DNA of 64,000 bases, from positions 1,871,539 to 1,935,538 of the forward strand of contig MU004235.1 of NCBI GenBank assembly GCA_010405405.1. The letters run 5' to 3'. The position numbers and the translations under genes were made by a program. This document shows positions 1 to 12,405 of the stretch, piece by piece. How positions within the stretch are numbered: the stretch's first letter is position 1; every line of letters starts with the position of its first letter. This DNA is from Microthyrium microscopicum (taxonomy: Eukaryota). The notes under the pieces are model-generated. The model was not told where the DNA came from and did no database searches. It saw only the letters and a program-made list of their open reading frames with translations.

Positions 1-483
1 ACGATCTAAGCTGCGCAAGGCATGATCTTAAACGAATTCAAATAGCCAATCTTGAGTGCTGCCGAGCCTAAGCGTGCCGCGAACTTGCTTACCAAAGCAT
101 GATCTCGCCTCTCAAATGCAGCGACCAGGGCGCAATTGCCAGATAAGGTTAGCGCCATAAGTAACATGCAGTTTTCCATCTCTCTTACAAGAAATCTTGA
201 CAAAGATATGACTTAGTCTCAGGTTCCCATGATTATGATTTTCCTAAAGAAGCAATAGTGCCCTGGTTCAGACGATGACTGAGCTTACGAGGAATGTACG
301 ACAGCTGTGATTATTCTAAATCGTTAGCTCGTGGATCTAGGAAATCAGTATGGACACAAAGTGTATAAATAAGATCAACAGACTGTCCATTGAACCTTAC
401 ATTTTCTTTCCAGACCCCTAATCTTTCTCCCGCCGAAGAGTCTTACTTGTCAGTTTCCAAATTCCCAGAACTATTTTACCACT

Positions 484-1274
484 ATGCCTACCCTCTCATT
501 AGAAGATCTCGTTCAGAGAAACATGTAAGTAGACGCATGAAGTAAAAAAATTTCAGACAATTGATGATATAATAGAGATTATGCCCCTTCTCATACGCCA
601 ATGCCTACGTTGGAAGAAGCAGCGGCAGCTGGTGGCGACATGGAGTGCACTTTAGTCAGTAAGTGAAGAGCATATCATCTCTCTATGCTTTATGACTAAC
701 AACAGCAGTCACTTGCGTCGACTTCCGTGTCAGAGTAGAGGAGATGTTACAGCTAAACGCACAAGGTATTTGCAAGACTTGACGTCTCTCTTCACAGCTG
801 GTCTGACATATCTTATAGATAAAGTACTCGTCTGTCGCAATCCAGGAGGACGTGTTGCGGCCGCTATGGAACAAATAATGTTGTTCAAAGTGTTCCTCAG
901 TCTCAAGCGAATCGTGGTCATTCATCATTCAGGTATATCTGCCTCACCCATATCGGCTTATGTTCAATTCTATAACTAACTTTGCGTCTAGATTGTGGTG
1001 CTAGTCACTTCAAAGATCACCTAATCCGCGAAGCGCTTCTAAACCAGCATCCAGATCATCCAGAGATTGAAAACATGGTTTTCGGTTCATTTGATAAGTA
1101 AATTGTCCTTCGCATAAGAGTTAATTTCTCCTAACAATATATAGCTTGGAGCAAGGCGTTCGCGACGACTTGGAAGTACTGAAGAACTCACCATTTGTCC
1201 CTGAAGAGCTCAAAGAACAATGTTTTGGATACACGTATGACATCAAGACTGGCTTACTCTCTCCAGTACATTAG
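484..1274 (+). CDS. Beta-class carbonic anhydrase (6 exons)
   Basis: Manual splicing at GT-AG introns gives MPTLSLEDLVQRN...VTCVDFRV...VCRNPGGRV...VVIHHSDCGASHF...GYTYDIKTGLLSPVH*. The CxDxR and HxxC zinc-binding motifs of beta-CAs are present. Confidence 0.85.
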
Positions 1275-1626
1275 AGCTAAGAGTGCTTGTCCAACATTGT
1301 TGAACCAATGCTGCGTTAGGGAAATAATATAGCACGGTTACATTTTGGTTAGGTGATATCATATCCATATTCAGTTTTATCTTTTACTTTTCGCATTATA
1401 TGGTGCGTTTCCGAGAGATAGAAAGGATTGTCATTGTGATATCTTAATAACGACTGCTTCAGATTTAATCTTAGCAGAGAAGGCACTAATGGGGGCCTAG
1501 AAAGTGGCCGAAAAAACAGCGATGTCACTGGCAATGTACCTTATTTGCGCTTTATGGAATTGTGGTAATCGTTTATCACATTGAACTATGTACAATTTAT
1601 AAAGTCATTTAAAAACTGGCATGGCA

Positions 1627-2805
1627 TCATGCTGGCACTCCACCAAGTCCTTGCTCAGTAGCTTTCCACTGTGCTCCTCTGACCACTGCTCCCGGTGGGA
1701 TCGATGCTGGTGGAGGACCGCTCATACTCGGATTGCCACCATACCCCAGATGCTTCGCGTTTACACTGGCAGTGAAAGTATCTGATGACCTGGAAGCGGC
1801 AGCAATGGCAGCAACGTATTGCTTGTCCTTAGATGGATCACCAGTTGGACTTTGCGTTGATTGAGGTAATGGTTCAAGCTTTGGTGCAGTGCCTTTTGGT
1901 ACGTATAGCTCTGGACCAGGAATGGGATATGGGGAGACGTTACGCCAAATGTCGAAATACAGTCCCCTTTCTTGCTTGAATGGCTTGTATCCGCCGGGGA
2001 ATACCACGGTGTCTGATGGCTGGGCTGCGCCAGAACCTTCGACACGGACATTAAAGCAGTGAATGTAATGCTGTGAAAAGTATCCTGTAAGTCATACGGC
2101 CACTGGTTCGAATAATGGAAACTAACCTGCGGTCCCAGAAGCTTGTCAGCCTTCATGTGGTAAAGACTATCCTCAGTGGAGTAATGCAAAGCGATAAGCT
2201 CATGGCGTAGAACATAGTTTCCAGGTTTCAGATCGAATGGTATGACAGTAGAACTGACATTACCGTTGGCCATCATCTCATCCACGGCCCAAGTTTTGTT
2301 GTCTGCAGCTAGACCACTCTCACTGATCTTGAAGAACTTGAGCTTGTTGACGTCCACACTTTGAATGGAACCTTCGTACGGAGCCATGTAGGAAATGAGA
2401 GGTCCCTTATGGCTTGCGTACCATGGATTCCAGTTGAACTTGATACCAGCTCCTGCACGAACAGGAGCGACAATTGCTGGTGCCTTTGGCGATACACTGC
2501 ATGCCATATCTTTGGAGCTTTGATCCGTTATGAATGGCTTTGTATGCCCCCGCGAGAAAGCAATACTTTTGACCGCATATTTGTCATCTGCGCTATGAGG
2601 TTGTTGGTACATAACGCTTTAGCAGCAAATCCATTCACGCTTACGAGTTATATGCCCAATATCTAAAATTTAAGGTTAGAGCAAAGCACCATGCATTGGT
2701 GGTCATGATTTACTTTTTCCCATCGACTACTAAAGTTTGGACTCCTCCATGAGCCAGAGCACCAATCGCTCCTCCTAGAATAACGAAAGTAAGAGAAAGA
2801 CGCAT
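1627..2805 (-). CDS. AA9 (GH61) lytic polysaccharide monooxygenase, secreted, 3 exons, Pro/Gly/Ser-rich C-terminal tail
   Basis: Signal peptide MRLSLTFVILGGAIGALA followed by His1 (HGGV). Motifs SHKGP (second His), FFKISESG and YVLRHELIALH; GPQ|HYIHC (QxY) is formed across an intron. Confidence 0.92.
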
Positions 2806-3913
2806 CGTGGTGGTCAAAAAAATGTGATTAAAGCCAAGTCAAGTTCTTTAGCTATGCTCAAAATCTCATAAAGCGCGCCATTATTACGTAGACAGGTAGT
2901 TCCGATCTGGGGTGATGAGTTCCCTGTCGTTAATATAATTTCACAATTAGATCGCGCCACCACCGGAACTTCCGAGATGTGAACCTTACAATTTAAAAAT
3001 ATGATCAGATCTATATCGATCTATAGTTCGCGATATAAGTCTTTAGTGCTGATGCCGGTAGGCATCGGACGAAAATACAAACATGATCGGTACTGTGGGC
3101 AACAATAAGCTTGCTGCTATGCTGGATTTTCGTCCTTCAACAGGGCAGATTCGATTGATGGTTGTGTGAAGTTACTAGAGAGGCTGCACTCTCGAGTTAC
3201 TAGAGAATGATAGTCTAGAATCCTTTTCCTAGGTTTTGTTCTAACCTCAGAACATGACAAAGATAAATTGAATGCGCACAATCCCTCATGTCATTGCTTT
3301 AGCACACTATTTGAACGTTTTGCGATGCAAGTGAGACCAGGCACATTCAACCCGGACTTGGAGAATGCGAAATGGTAACCAAGATCAAGCTGTATCGAAA
3401 TAACGGGCTACGGTATTTCAAGGTTCCAAAAATTGTCGTTTGGGGAAGGTGGTCGTTCAAGGTGGTCGCTCAGTCACGCTTGCGACACAGGTACTTTGGA
3501 AGAAATCAAAGACCCATCGTTCTTATTTTGATGTTTGCGACTCGAATATCAAGTACTCGAATGATTCTCGAAAAATAATGTACCTGGTAATGGGTTTTTC
3601 CTGATTCCTGAGTCTGCAAGTGAAAAATGAATGGCGTCTTGGTTCTGCCTGATGGTGTACGGACCAATCAGATTAAAGGCCTTTTGACTTGAGCTTCTAT
3701 CTCAACCAATGGGAAGCGAGTAGGTTTGCTATCATTGTGTCGGTCTGTCAATTCACCCTACCTCACGTTACTGCCTCTTCCACCACCTCTCACTGTTGAT
3801 TTTCATCAAATCCCTTCCTCACATTTTTTGCGTCAACATTCTCAATTCCATCGAATCCAAAACGCTACAAAATCTATAGAACATAGGCCAAACACCGTCA
3901 AGCTCAGTAAACC

Positions 3914-5678
3914 ATGGCTACCGCTCCACTTCCGCCGAGTTTCTTACAGAGCTTACCGGTGGAGATCTTCCGCATGATTTTGGAGCAGTGTACAGAAGGG
4001 ACTAAACTTTCATCGGTCGCCCATCTTAGGCTTGTGTCCAGTGAGTTTGTCCACTTGGTTTTGGAACCAGCATTTTCAATGCGCACGCCTTTCGATATCA
4101 GATTTTGTTCGCATAGTGTTGAGATACTAACCAGATGCAGAGCCATTCGACTATGAATTCCAGCGTCAAATGGTAGAGAACGACCTGTTTCGCGAAAATT
4201 GGCACCCTCTACTTCCGAAATGCATGCCCAATGTTGTCGTCGCATATCTCATTCGCCAAGTTTCTCGGGATCCTGATGAGGACGGCAAAGTCGGAAATCA
4301 CCTCATCCAAACCATTCGCGATACCGCCGAAGATCTAATCAAAACTTTTCCCGACCCAGATCTGAACCTCGACAAATGCATCGAGAGCCTATGTCAAGCT
4401 ACGCTATTGAGCAGTGACCGTATAGGTCTTGACCGCTTACTGAACCTTCACGACTCGAAAGACGGGCCTGAAACATTAACACTGGGTGCAATACGCCTGG
4501 TACCAAGAACTGGGGGACTCAAAGTCAGAATACCTCGAAATGGTCCCTGGTTGCCCCAACGTACAAAGCACGAAAACTTGCTCGTTGCCGCAGCCTGTAT
4601 GGGCCTAACCCAAGAAGTAGCAGTCCTCCTCAAAAAAGGCATCAAAGACAACGCAACCTATTTTGGTACCGCCGTCACTGCAGCAATTCGAAACAACGAT
4701 AATGAGACAGCCTTTGCTCTATTTCCGCGACGCAAATATATGGACATACGATGGAAGGCGATATTCAAGGCCGCGGCATGGGCAGGAAACACTGAAGTCC
4801 TGAAGGAACTCTACAAGAAAACTCCGCTCTTCAACACTAAAAAAGGATGTTGCATTCCAGTCACAGCAACACTCGACGGACTCACAACTGCCGCTGGTCG
4901 TGGCCATGAAAACGTCATCCAACTCATGCTTCAAAATGACCCACATGTCCTTAGCGGCGCACTTGATGAATACCTCGAAGTCTACTTTGTGAAAAAAGGC
5001 AAAGATAAGCTTCACTCTATCCTTCTCGCGCATGCCGTCTGGTCTGGCCAGATGGCCACCGCCATACCACGCTTCGAGTACGATATTGACGTCAAAATGC
5101 AAGCATCAATAGGACCAGCTTCTCACGGCAAACTCGAGTTCGCCCTGAAACGCTTCGATAATAATATCGTTGACACCAATCCTAAGCATGTCGGTACCGT
5201 ATTCTACGTTTTCCGTCAAGCAGTGCGAGAAGGATACCTCGAGATCGCCGAACTATTCATCAAGCATGGATATTTCGACAAGCGCAATCAGTGTGATGAT
5301 GTGCTGCTGAATACTGTTGCAAAGCGAGGCTGGACTGAGATGGCTCGCCTTCTTAGTGAGCATGGAGTCCCGGTCAATACGCCACATTATCCTCACTCTG
5401 GCAAGAAGTGTGCTTTGTACTACGCCATTGCTAGAGGTCATGTTGATATGGTCCAGTTGCTATTGTTGGAAAAAGGCTGTGCCTTGCCAAATGCGGCTAC
5501 GATGCATCTATGGCTGAACGAGAGCGGAAAATATCGGAAGGACTCTAGGATTTCTGATCTTGTGGCAGAGGCTCGTGAGCGAATTGCCGTAGCAAACATC
5601 GCGGACCTCGTAGAAGAGGCGCGTAAGGATATGGCTGTGATGAAGGATGATACTGAGATGGACACTTCTGGGTTTTAG
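3914..5678 (+). CDS. F-box-like plus ankyrin-repeat protein (2 exons)
   Basis: Intron 4041-4140 (GTGAGT...CTAAC...CAG) joins FLQSLPVEIFRMIL...LRLVSKPF to the 502-aa ORF. Ankyrin motifs: AAGRGHENVIQLML, AVREGYLEIAELFI, ALYYAIARGHVDMVQLLL. Confidence 0.8.
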
Positions 5679-6561
5679 TCATCCCTTGACGATGCTGGTT
5701 TCCCTGATCTCGGGCTTTAATGCTCACGTACTCGCTGATTTCGAAAAGGTGGTTGTTCGCTTATGGACAGCGAGTATCGGTCATGATCGACGGAGAACCA
5801 GCGAGGTTTTGCTTTTGGTATTGGCTGAAGGGCCGGTGAGATGAAAACGGACGGGAAGTTTGCATGTCCGCCCGAGCAGGACTGGCTCGATACTTCTTTC
5901 TGTTGGCGACTGCTATTACATGAATCACAAGACACTCAGTACATTTTGCCGGTTCTTAGGAATCAAAAACCAACTACAAGCCGTATGTGTCCATTTCAGC
6001 TGTATTATATCGTATTTTGTTTTCGACTAAAGCAGTTTGGCAGTCCATAAAAACCGCCCCGTGATAAAAATCCAAGGTATAAAATGGTTATGATTATAAT
6101 GGAATGATTTAACAATAGACAACGTATCGGGCCCGTGTCATCGTTTATAGATGATTTTGACAGCCCTTATTCAGCCATGGAATGCTGTTTTTAGACTTCT
6201 GGCTTCAATGTGGTGATCCTCAGCTCCATGTTGGTTGTGACTTCACGAAAGGGATCCGCCTGCTCGAATATATGATAGCCCTTCAATCCACTCGATGCTG
6301 GCTATTTTGGCACGATGGTCAGTTTTCTCCCTTCCTGCATGGTACAATTTTGTTGTATAGCATTCTCGATATCTTAAGGTGGTGGATCAATTGGATCGAA
6401 GCGATCGCTATGAAAAGGCCTAACTTGATTGACTGAAGAAGTGGGATATCTTCCTCTTCTGCTGCACGAAGCATATTCTTTGGTTGTCAGTCTCCAGTGT
6501 TGATTCACTATGCCCAAAAAATGAACATTCTTAATGGACGAATGCCAATGCCCTTCCTGAA

Positions 6562-8047
6562 TCACCAAAGAGATTTCATCTTCTTTGCTTTGTGGTTTGT
6601 AGCAAATCCAGTGACCGCCCAGCCTGACTCTTCATCCTTGAGATCGAACCAGCATCCCAGAGGTAAATTTTGTTGTACCATATTCTTCACTTTCATTACT
6701 CCACTCACGCTCTGAAATTTTGCCTGGAGACTGAACTCCTTGAGATTGGCCAGACTACCATGGCTCAGTACAGTTTCGAAAAAGTCTTCCACATGTGCAA
6801 CTGTCACCAAATTTTCTTCGTCGGTGGCAGATGGCTTGTCCACTCTGATTATCACGAGTTTCGACAGCTTTACAAGGGGAAAGAACTTGAAGAACTGGGT
6901 AACTTCACTCATATGGTCTGCGAAAGGGCGGAATACCTCCAAACTGGCGAAACTGTTACTTGGAGCCATGGCGGATTCAGGCCGTAAGCCGAGGGTTTTG
7001 GCCGTTATGAGGCATTGTACATCTTTGATGGGCGATCTGCAGAGGCACAGGAGCACGATAGAGCCTTCCAAGTTCATAGACCAAGTCTTGATCCGTCGCA
7101 GAGCATGTAGGTTTATAATCGTTGTAAGTGAATGGGCTGACATGGCCAGGTTTCCACGCCCCGGGGGTTGTTGTATACCAACTTCTAGAGTCTCAAGAGG
7201 TATTTCCCACTTGCAGACATGATCTAGCATAGCTCCAAGACAATTCCATGGCGTCTCTTGCTCCCATTCCGTGTCATACTCAGGAATCAGTGGATCGAAG
7301 CGAGGGTGCCACCAATTTTCATCTGCGCCCCAGATTTTATTAATCTTGAGATGTTTGATATTGCTGTAAAGCAAGTAGCGTAACGGTATGACCTGATACG
7401 TTGGTCCGCAGAAAGTCAGACTGTCCATTCTAGGGAACAGGTCGGGACTTGCTCTCCACTCCTCCATCTCAGCGAAAAGGCCATCTTCGAGCACTGTTAT
7501 GCGATCCGTCAGGAGCACGATCGGCGGCGGATCCGGGCCTGTCCAATCGTCCTCAGGAGCCATTTGGCATGTGGAAAGATGATTAACATGCCTTGCATAC
7601 ATGTCGAAGCTAGACCAGTCTGTTTGTTCTAGCTTTCTCCTGAATCTCTGATGGAGAATTAGCTCATGCGACGACTAAAATTTGGCATCTTGTGGATGGA
7701 GCTTCACTACTGCTCCAACGAATGCTTCTTCTCACATGACATACCAGCTCCGAATTTCGGAAAACCTTCACACCATCACTCCTGACTTTTCCCTCCTCGT
7801 CGACCTTCACATACCAAAGACTTGCCGGGAAAGTTTTGACAATGTGTGCGAGTGATGGTACAACACGCCACAGATAAGGAAGCACCAGCGGAAAGAAAGC
7901 CTTGCAAGTGAGGCCTAGTGCTATCAAGGTCTCTCGCTCTTCAGCACTAGGTCTTCTGTCCTCTGTGCCCGTGTGTTCAGCTCTCTTTTCCTCGATGTTG
8001 TCGATAATGGCGAGTTGTATTTCAGGAATCGCTAGTGCTCGATGCAT
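6562..8047 (-). CDS. F-box-like family paralog 1 (most divergent member)
   Basis: MHRALAIPEIQLAII...LGLTCKAF...LWRVVPSLAHIVKTFPASLW, intron 7648-7744, then RFRRKLEQTDWSSFDMYARHV. The 3' end is uncertain. Confidence 0.75.
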
Positions 8048-9709
8048 GTTGCCCCGCTTCAAATTGACCTGGGCGACCTTCAACAAGACCAACGTAATTT
8101 GGCCTCCGCAAATTTGCGGAAAAGTAGAACGCTGACAAGGGAGATGGAGACCAACAAAGTGGCGAGTGGATTGAAGGGAGACTTTGGAGTGGTCAAAACC
8201 GTCGAAAGCTTCAGTGTACTGGTGTGAGTTGCACTTTCTATCCTCGTTGGATCAGATGTGTTCCTGCGTCTCCATTGGTTGCTTGTAATGTGCAGCTCTG
8301 GCAGAGACAGTACAGTATAATAATCGTGGTTTTATTTTCGAAAGCTAAGTTTCCTGATGCTACATAATCACCTGTTTCGTAAGTGAGATAAGGAAAGGAT
8401 GAAGCACAGCAATAACAGATACCTATTGAGCTCCCATAACGCTGCGACAACAAAGCAGAGTATTTTCTCAAGTCTTTCTGGTGAGACATCTACACCTTCC
8501 ACGGCCTAGAAACTAACCGAAAAAATCGTGCCTGGTAGCCCTACCAAGATTACCTCTACCGATGGAGAATTTCTCACGATCGAACACCAGATCGCCGACA
8601 TGTCGACATCGTTTCTTGCGATAGCCTTGGGGGACGAATGTTCTCAAGAGCCTTTCGCGATGGAGGGTGATGGCATCCTCTTTGACACTCCGGCTAATGT
8701 TTTGCAGCAGTGGTGAAATCCGTTCTTCCCCATTGTCGACCTTGACATGAGAACAGTAGTATGAGGGCGAAACAGGCGTTTTTGTATCGTGAGCCCGCGG
8801 GCGCCTGCGGCCCGCGAAATTTTCAGCACTAAAGTCAGATTGGCGATCAGATAGCCCTGCAAGAAGGAGGCCTCCAGTTTCCTTCTTTTGCGAATTGTCC
8901 CGAAGAAGATCGTCTGTAACCAGATCTCTCGTTGCGGCCTCCTACCAAGCGGTCGGTAAACTGTTCCGACAGAAAGGGACGCGTCCAAAGTGGTTTCCAT
9001 AGAATATCTGAAGAGCGTTCATGCTCGAAATGCCCCACGCTCAGAAGACTTCAAGAGCTAGAACAGACTCTGTAAGCTCAATCATAAAGTGGTGCTGCCG
9101 CGCGGTTGCGACTGATCCTCATGCATTTAGCGCGGTGACTTCCGCTTTCGGATATACTTTTGCAGATCCTGATAACAACTCTGAAGATGTTCGACAAGCA
9201 TAACAGGGTCTCCCCTCAACATCCACTTTGTTCACGTTGACTAGTGAAAGTCGTACATTCAGGCCGTTTGCTGCTGTACTTTCTGGTGCTTGGTTGGCTG
9301 TGAACAGTCTCGCGCGAGCCGTCCCAGGTCCAGCCTTGACCGATATCGATCTCTACCAGCTTCACGGATAGTCCCTATCAGTTCAAAGCAAACCCAACTG
9401 AATCACGTCCTTCGGCGGCCGGCGGCATACATATCAAGACCATGGCCGTCGCTGTTCCGTCGCCCTGCCGCCGGCGAACAAGAGCTCCGGTCTCCAGATC
9501 TCCAACTACATCCCACTAGGAAGAGTGGAAACTGACGAAAAGTCCCAGGCGAGACTTATGGAATCAGTGTTCGCAAAGGAAAGATCCATAAATTTGTGAG
9601 CAATTGGTCTGATATCGGTCGTAGTTATAACTCTCATGCACCAAGATTGAAAATAAGATTTGATCAAACTCGTTTTCGGGATTGCTAGAAACCATCTTCT
9701 ACCACAGCC

Positions 9710-11520
9710 ATGGCACTTCGCCAACGAGCAACGAATCTGAAAGACCGTGCAGTCACGAAGGCCAATGACCGTCTCCACGGACGCGGCTGGACCCTTCCTC
9801 GACAGGCAACCACTTTTGCGGACGATGGGGCGTATTCCAATGTCGATAGTGATGTTACCCCTCTTGACAGACGCACATGGACCTCGTGGACTATTCTTGG
9901 CTTCTGGTCCAGTGATTCCTTAAACGCCCAGGGCTGGGAGGCGCCGAGTTCTATCATCGCGGCTGGTTTGACGTGGAGAGAGGGTCTTTACTTGAGTAAG
10001 TTTCAGCCTTATAGAGCCTCGAGCACAAATGCTTACCGTGATACTCTAGCTGTGGTTGGATCATTGGTTGATACCATTCCTCTTATTCTCAATGGTGCTA
10101 TCGGTGCTCATTATCACATTCCATTTCCTGTGGTGGCTCGATCATCGTTTGGATTCTACTTCTCACGTTTTGCTATTATCGTCAGAGCTATCACTGCCTT
10201 GTTCTGGCATGCTATCCAAACATGGACTGGAAGTCAGGCTATGTTCCAGTGCATCCGTGCCATCTGGCCATCATTCAGAAATGTTCCCAACACCTTTTCA
10301 GACAGTGCAGGAATCACTTCTAATCAACTTATCGCCCACTTTGTCTTCTGGAGTCTCCAGTTCCCCATCCTGCTGATCCCTCCTCACAAGCTAAAATGGT
10401 TCTTCATCTTCAAGACCATCGTCGTTACAATCGTCGGTGTCGCCGTAGTCATCGCCATGACCAAGAAAGCTGGTGGAGTAGGAGACATCTTCGACCAGCC
10501 ATACGAGATCTCCGGCACAACTAAGATCTGGGTTACCCTCAGCTGCTTCTCCAGCGTCACTGGAGGCTGGTAATTTCCCCATCCCCATCAACCCTCAGCC
10601 AAATCGTATCTAACAATTTCCTCAGGGCAACAATGGCAACCAACATCCCCGATTTCACCCGCTACATGCGCAACCGCAACGGCGTCTACTGGCAAGGTCT
10701 CGCCCTCCCCATCTTCAGTCTCCTCATGGCCACCTTCGGCATCATCAGCACCAGCTGCGCCAAAGTCGTCTACGGCGAATACATCTGGTCGCCGATTGAT
10801 CTCGCTGACAAATGGGATGGACCATGGGGACGCTGCGGTGCCTTCTTTGTCGGCTTCTCATGGGTTGTTGGCCAAATTGGAACGAATTTGTCCGCCAACG
10901 TCATTTCGTGCTCGAACGATTTGACTGGCCTGTTTCCCAAGTACATAAATATCAGGAGAGGCGCTATCCTCGCTACTGTCATTGCGGGATGGGTTATGGT
11001 GCCTTGGAAGATCGTGCATAGCGCCAGCAGTTTGTTGACATTTATGTCTGGACTGTCGATCTTTTTGGCGCCGATTGCGGCTATGTTGGCGTCAGATTAC
11101 TGGATTGTCAAGAAGAGGAATTTCGATGTGCCGAGTTTGTATCGCAGATATGGGCGGTATCGGTATACGGCTGGTATCAACTGGCGCGCTGTGGTCGCGT
11201 TCTTGGTATCGGTCGTACCGAACATACCTGGTCTGGCGAAAGCTGTCAATCCAGCTGTGAAGTTGAGCGCTGGCATCGAACACGTCTACGATATCAACTA
11301 CCTTTGGGGCTTCAGCTCAGCATGTTTTACTTACGTGGTCCTGAGCAAGCTCTTTCCGGCGAAAGAGACGCTTTTGGATGCTCCTATCTACGAAGATATG
11401 ACGGTTGTGGATGGTGTGGAGTACGAAAACGATGGCACAGGCACATTGGGAAGAAATCTGGAAGTAAAGGCATATGATTCTCAAGAGAAGGTCCCAGCGA
11501 GTCATGCAAAGGACCTATAA
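9710..11520 (+). CDS. NCS1-family nucleobase/allantoin/uracil permease (Fur4/Dal4-like), 3 exons
   Basis: Motifs RRTW...GFW, HIPFPVVARSSFG, ATNIPDFTRY, PKYINIRRG, PWKI and DYWIVKK; multiple hydrophobic helices; introns near 9996-10049 and 10570-10625. Confidence 0.92.
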
Positions 11521-11711
11521 TGTCGAGAGCTATTTTACATGATTCATGTTGGCTACAGGTGTTGGAGGACGCTGCTTGTCAGGGCTTTCTATAGAAGTAC
11601 AATCTCGAGATTCAAACAAACCATTGTCATCCCAGGAGAGGCTAGTAGTTGGCGAGCCACTTGTCTTTCTGTTGTCGCTCTTGAAAATCAATAACATTGA
11701 GCCCTTCCAAT

Positions 11712-11807
11712 TTACCCCGAGACGGTCTTTTTGTCTAGAGCTTCATCCATGATCTGCCGCACCAATTCCGGGAGTCGTAGAGCGGGATGGGTATTGGCGA
11801 GCGTCAT
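11712..11807 (-). pseudogene. Truncated relic of a sixth F-box-like paralog
   Basis: Translates MTLANTHPALRLPELVRQIMDEALDKKTVSG*, matching MHRALAIPELQLLIL. DNA ctcgccaat-ACC-cat-ccc-gct matches (c/t)tcgccaac-ATG-cat-cgc at the starts of paralogs 2 and 4. Confidence 0.65.
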
Positions 11808-12405
11808 TGTAAGTTGAGGCTTCAACAGGTAAGGCCCGATATGGGAAAGCTTTAAGCAGCTGAAACTGAGAGCTTTTTGATGATGATGTTTATTGGCCGC
11901 TTCGATGAAGGGGCTGGTTGCGCTGGAAGGATTGAATATCGGTGACTCGTGGTGGAGGTAAGAGGAGGAGTGTGGTAGTGCTTTTCATGGAGAGTTTGGG
12001 AATGGAATGAATTCGCTGGGCGAGTCAAGATCAGATTTTGTTAAAGAAGTAACTGCCGCCTACAGGTGATTCTTTTCTTGGTATCTTACAGGTGCGAGCC
12101 AGCCGTGACTTTCCGTTTTGCATCGCGACTTCCAGCTCCCACTTCCAAACCCGCCTTTAAACTACTACCGAACAACCCGGAGCCGCTCTAGCAACCCTCC
12201 ATTGGGATGCCAGCCATAGCACTTCTTGAGGAAGATAGTAATGCAGGAAAAGAGCGCCTTCTGTTCCAGCTTTTCCTTCTTCAAAGCTCATCCGGATTGG
12301 GCAAGGATGGTGCTCGTATTGTCGGGCAATCGTTCCTCGAAGCAAATAGTACCCGGTCTGTCGCCGGGAAAGGCTCTCAATTTGCGAGAGCTCGTTTCAA
12401 AATAA

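Noticed and set aside
8500..9200. Short ORFs between paralog 1 and the NCS1 gene as a gene or transposon relic
   Set aside because: No domain, terminal repeats or consistent splice structure that I can support.
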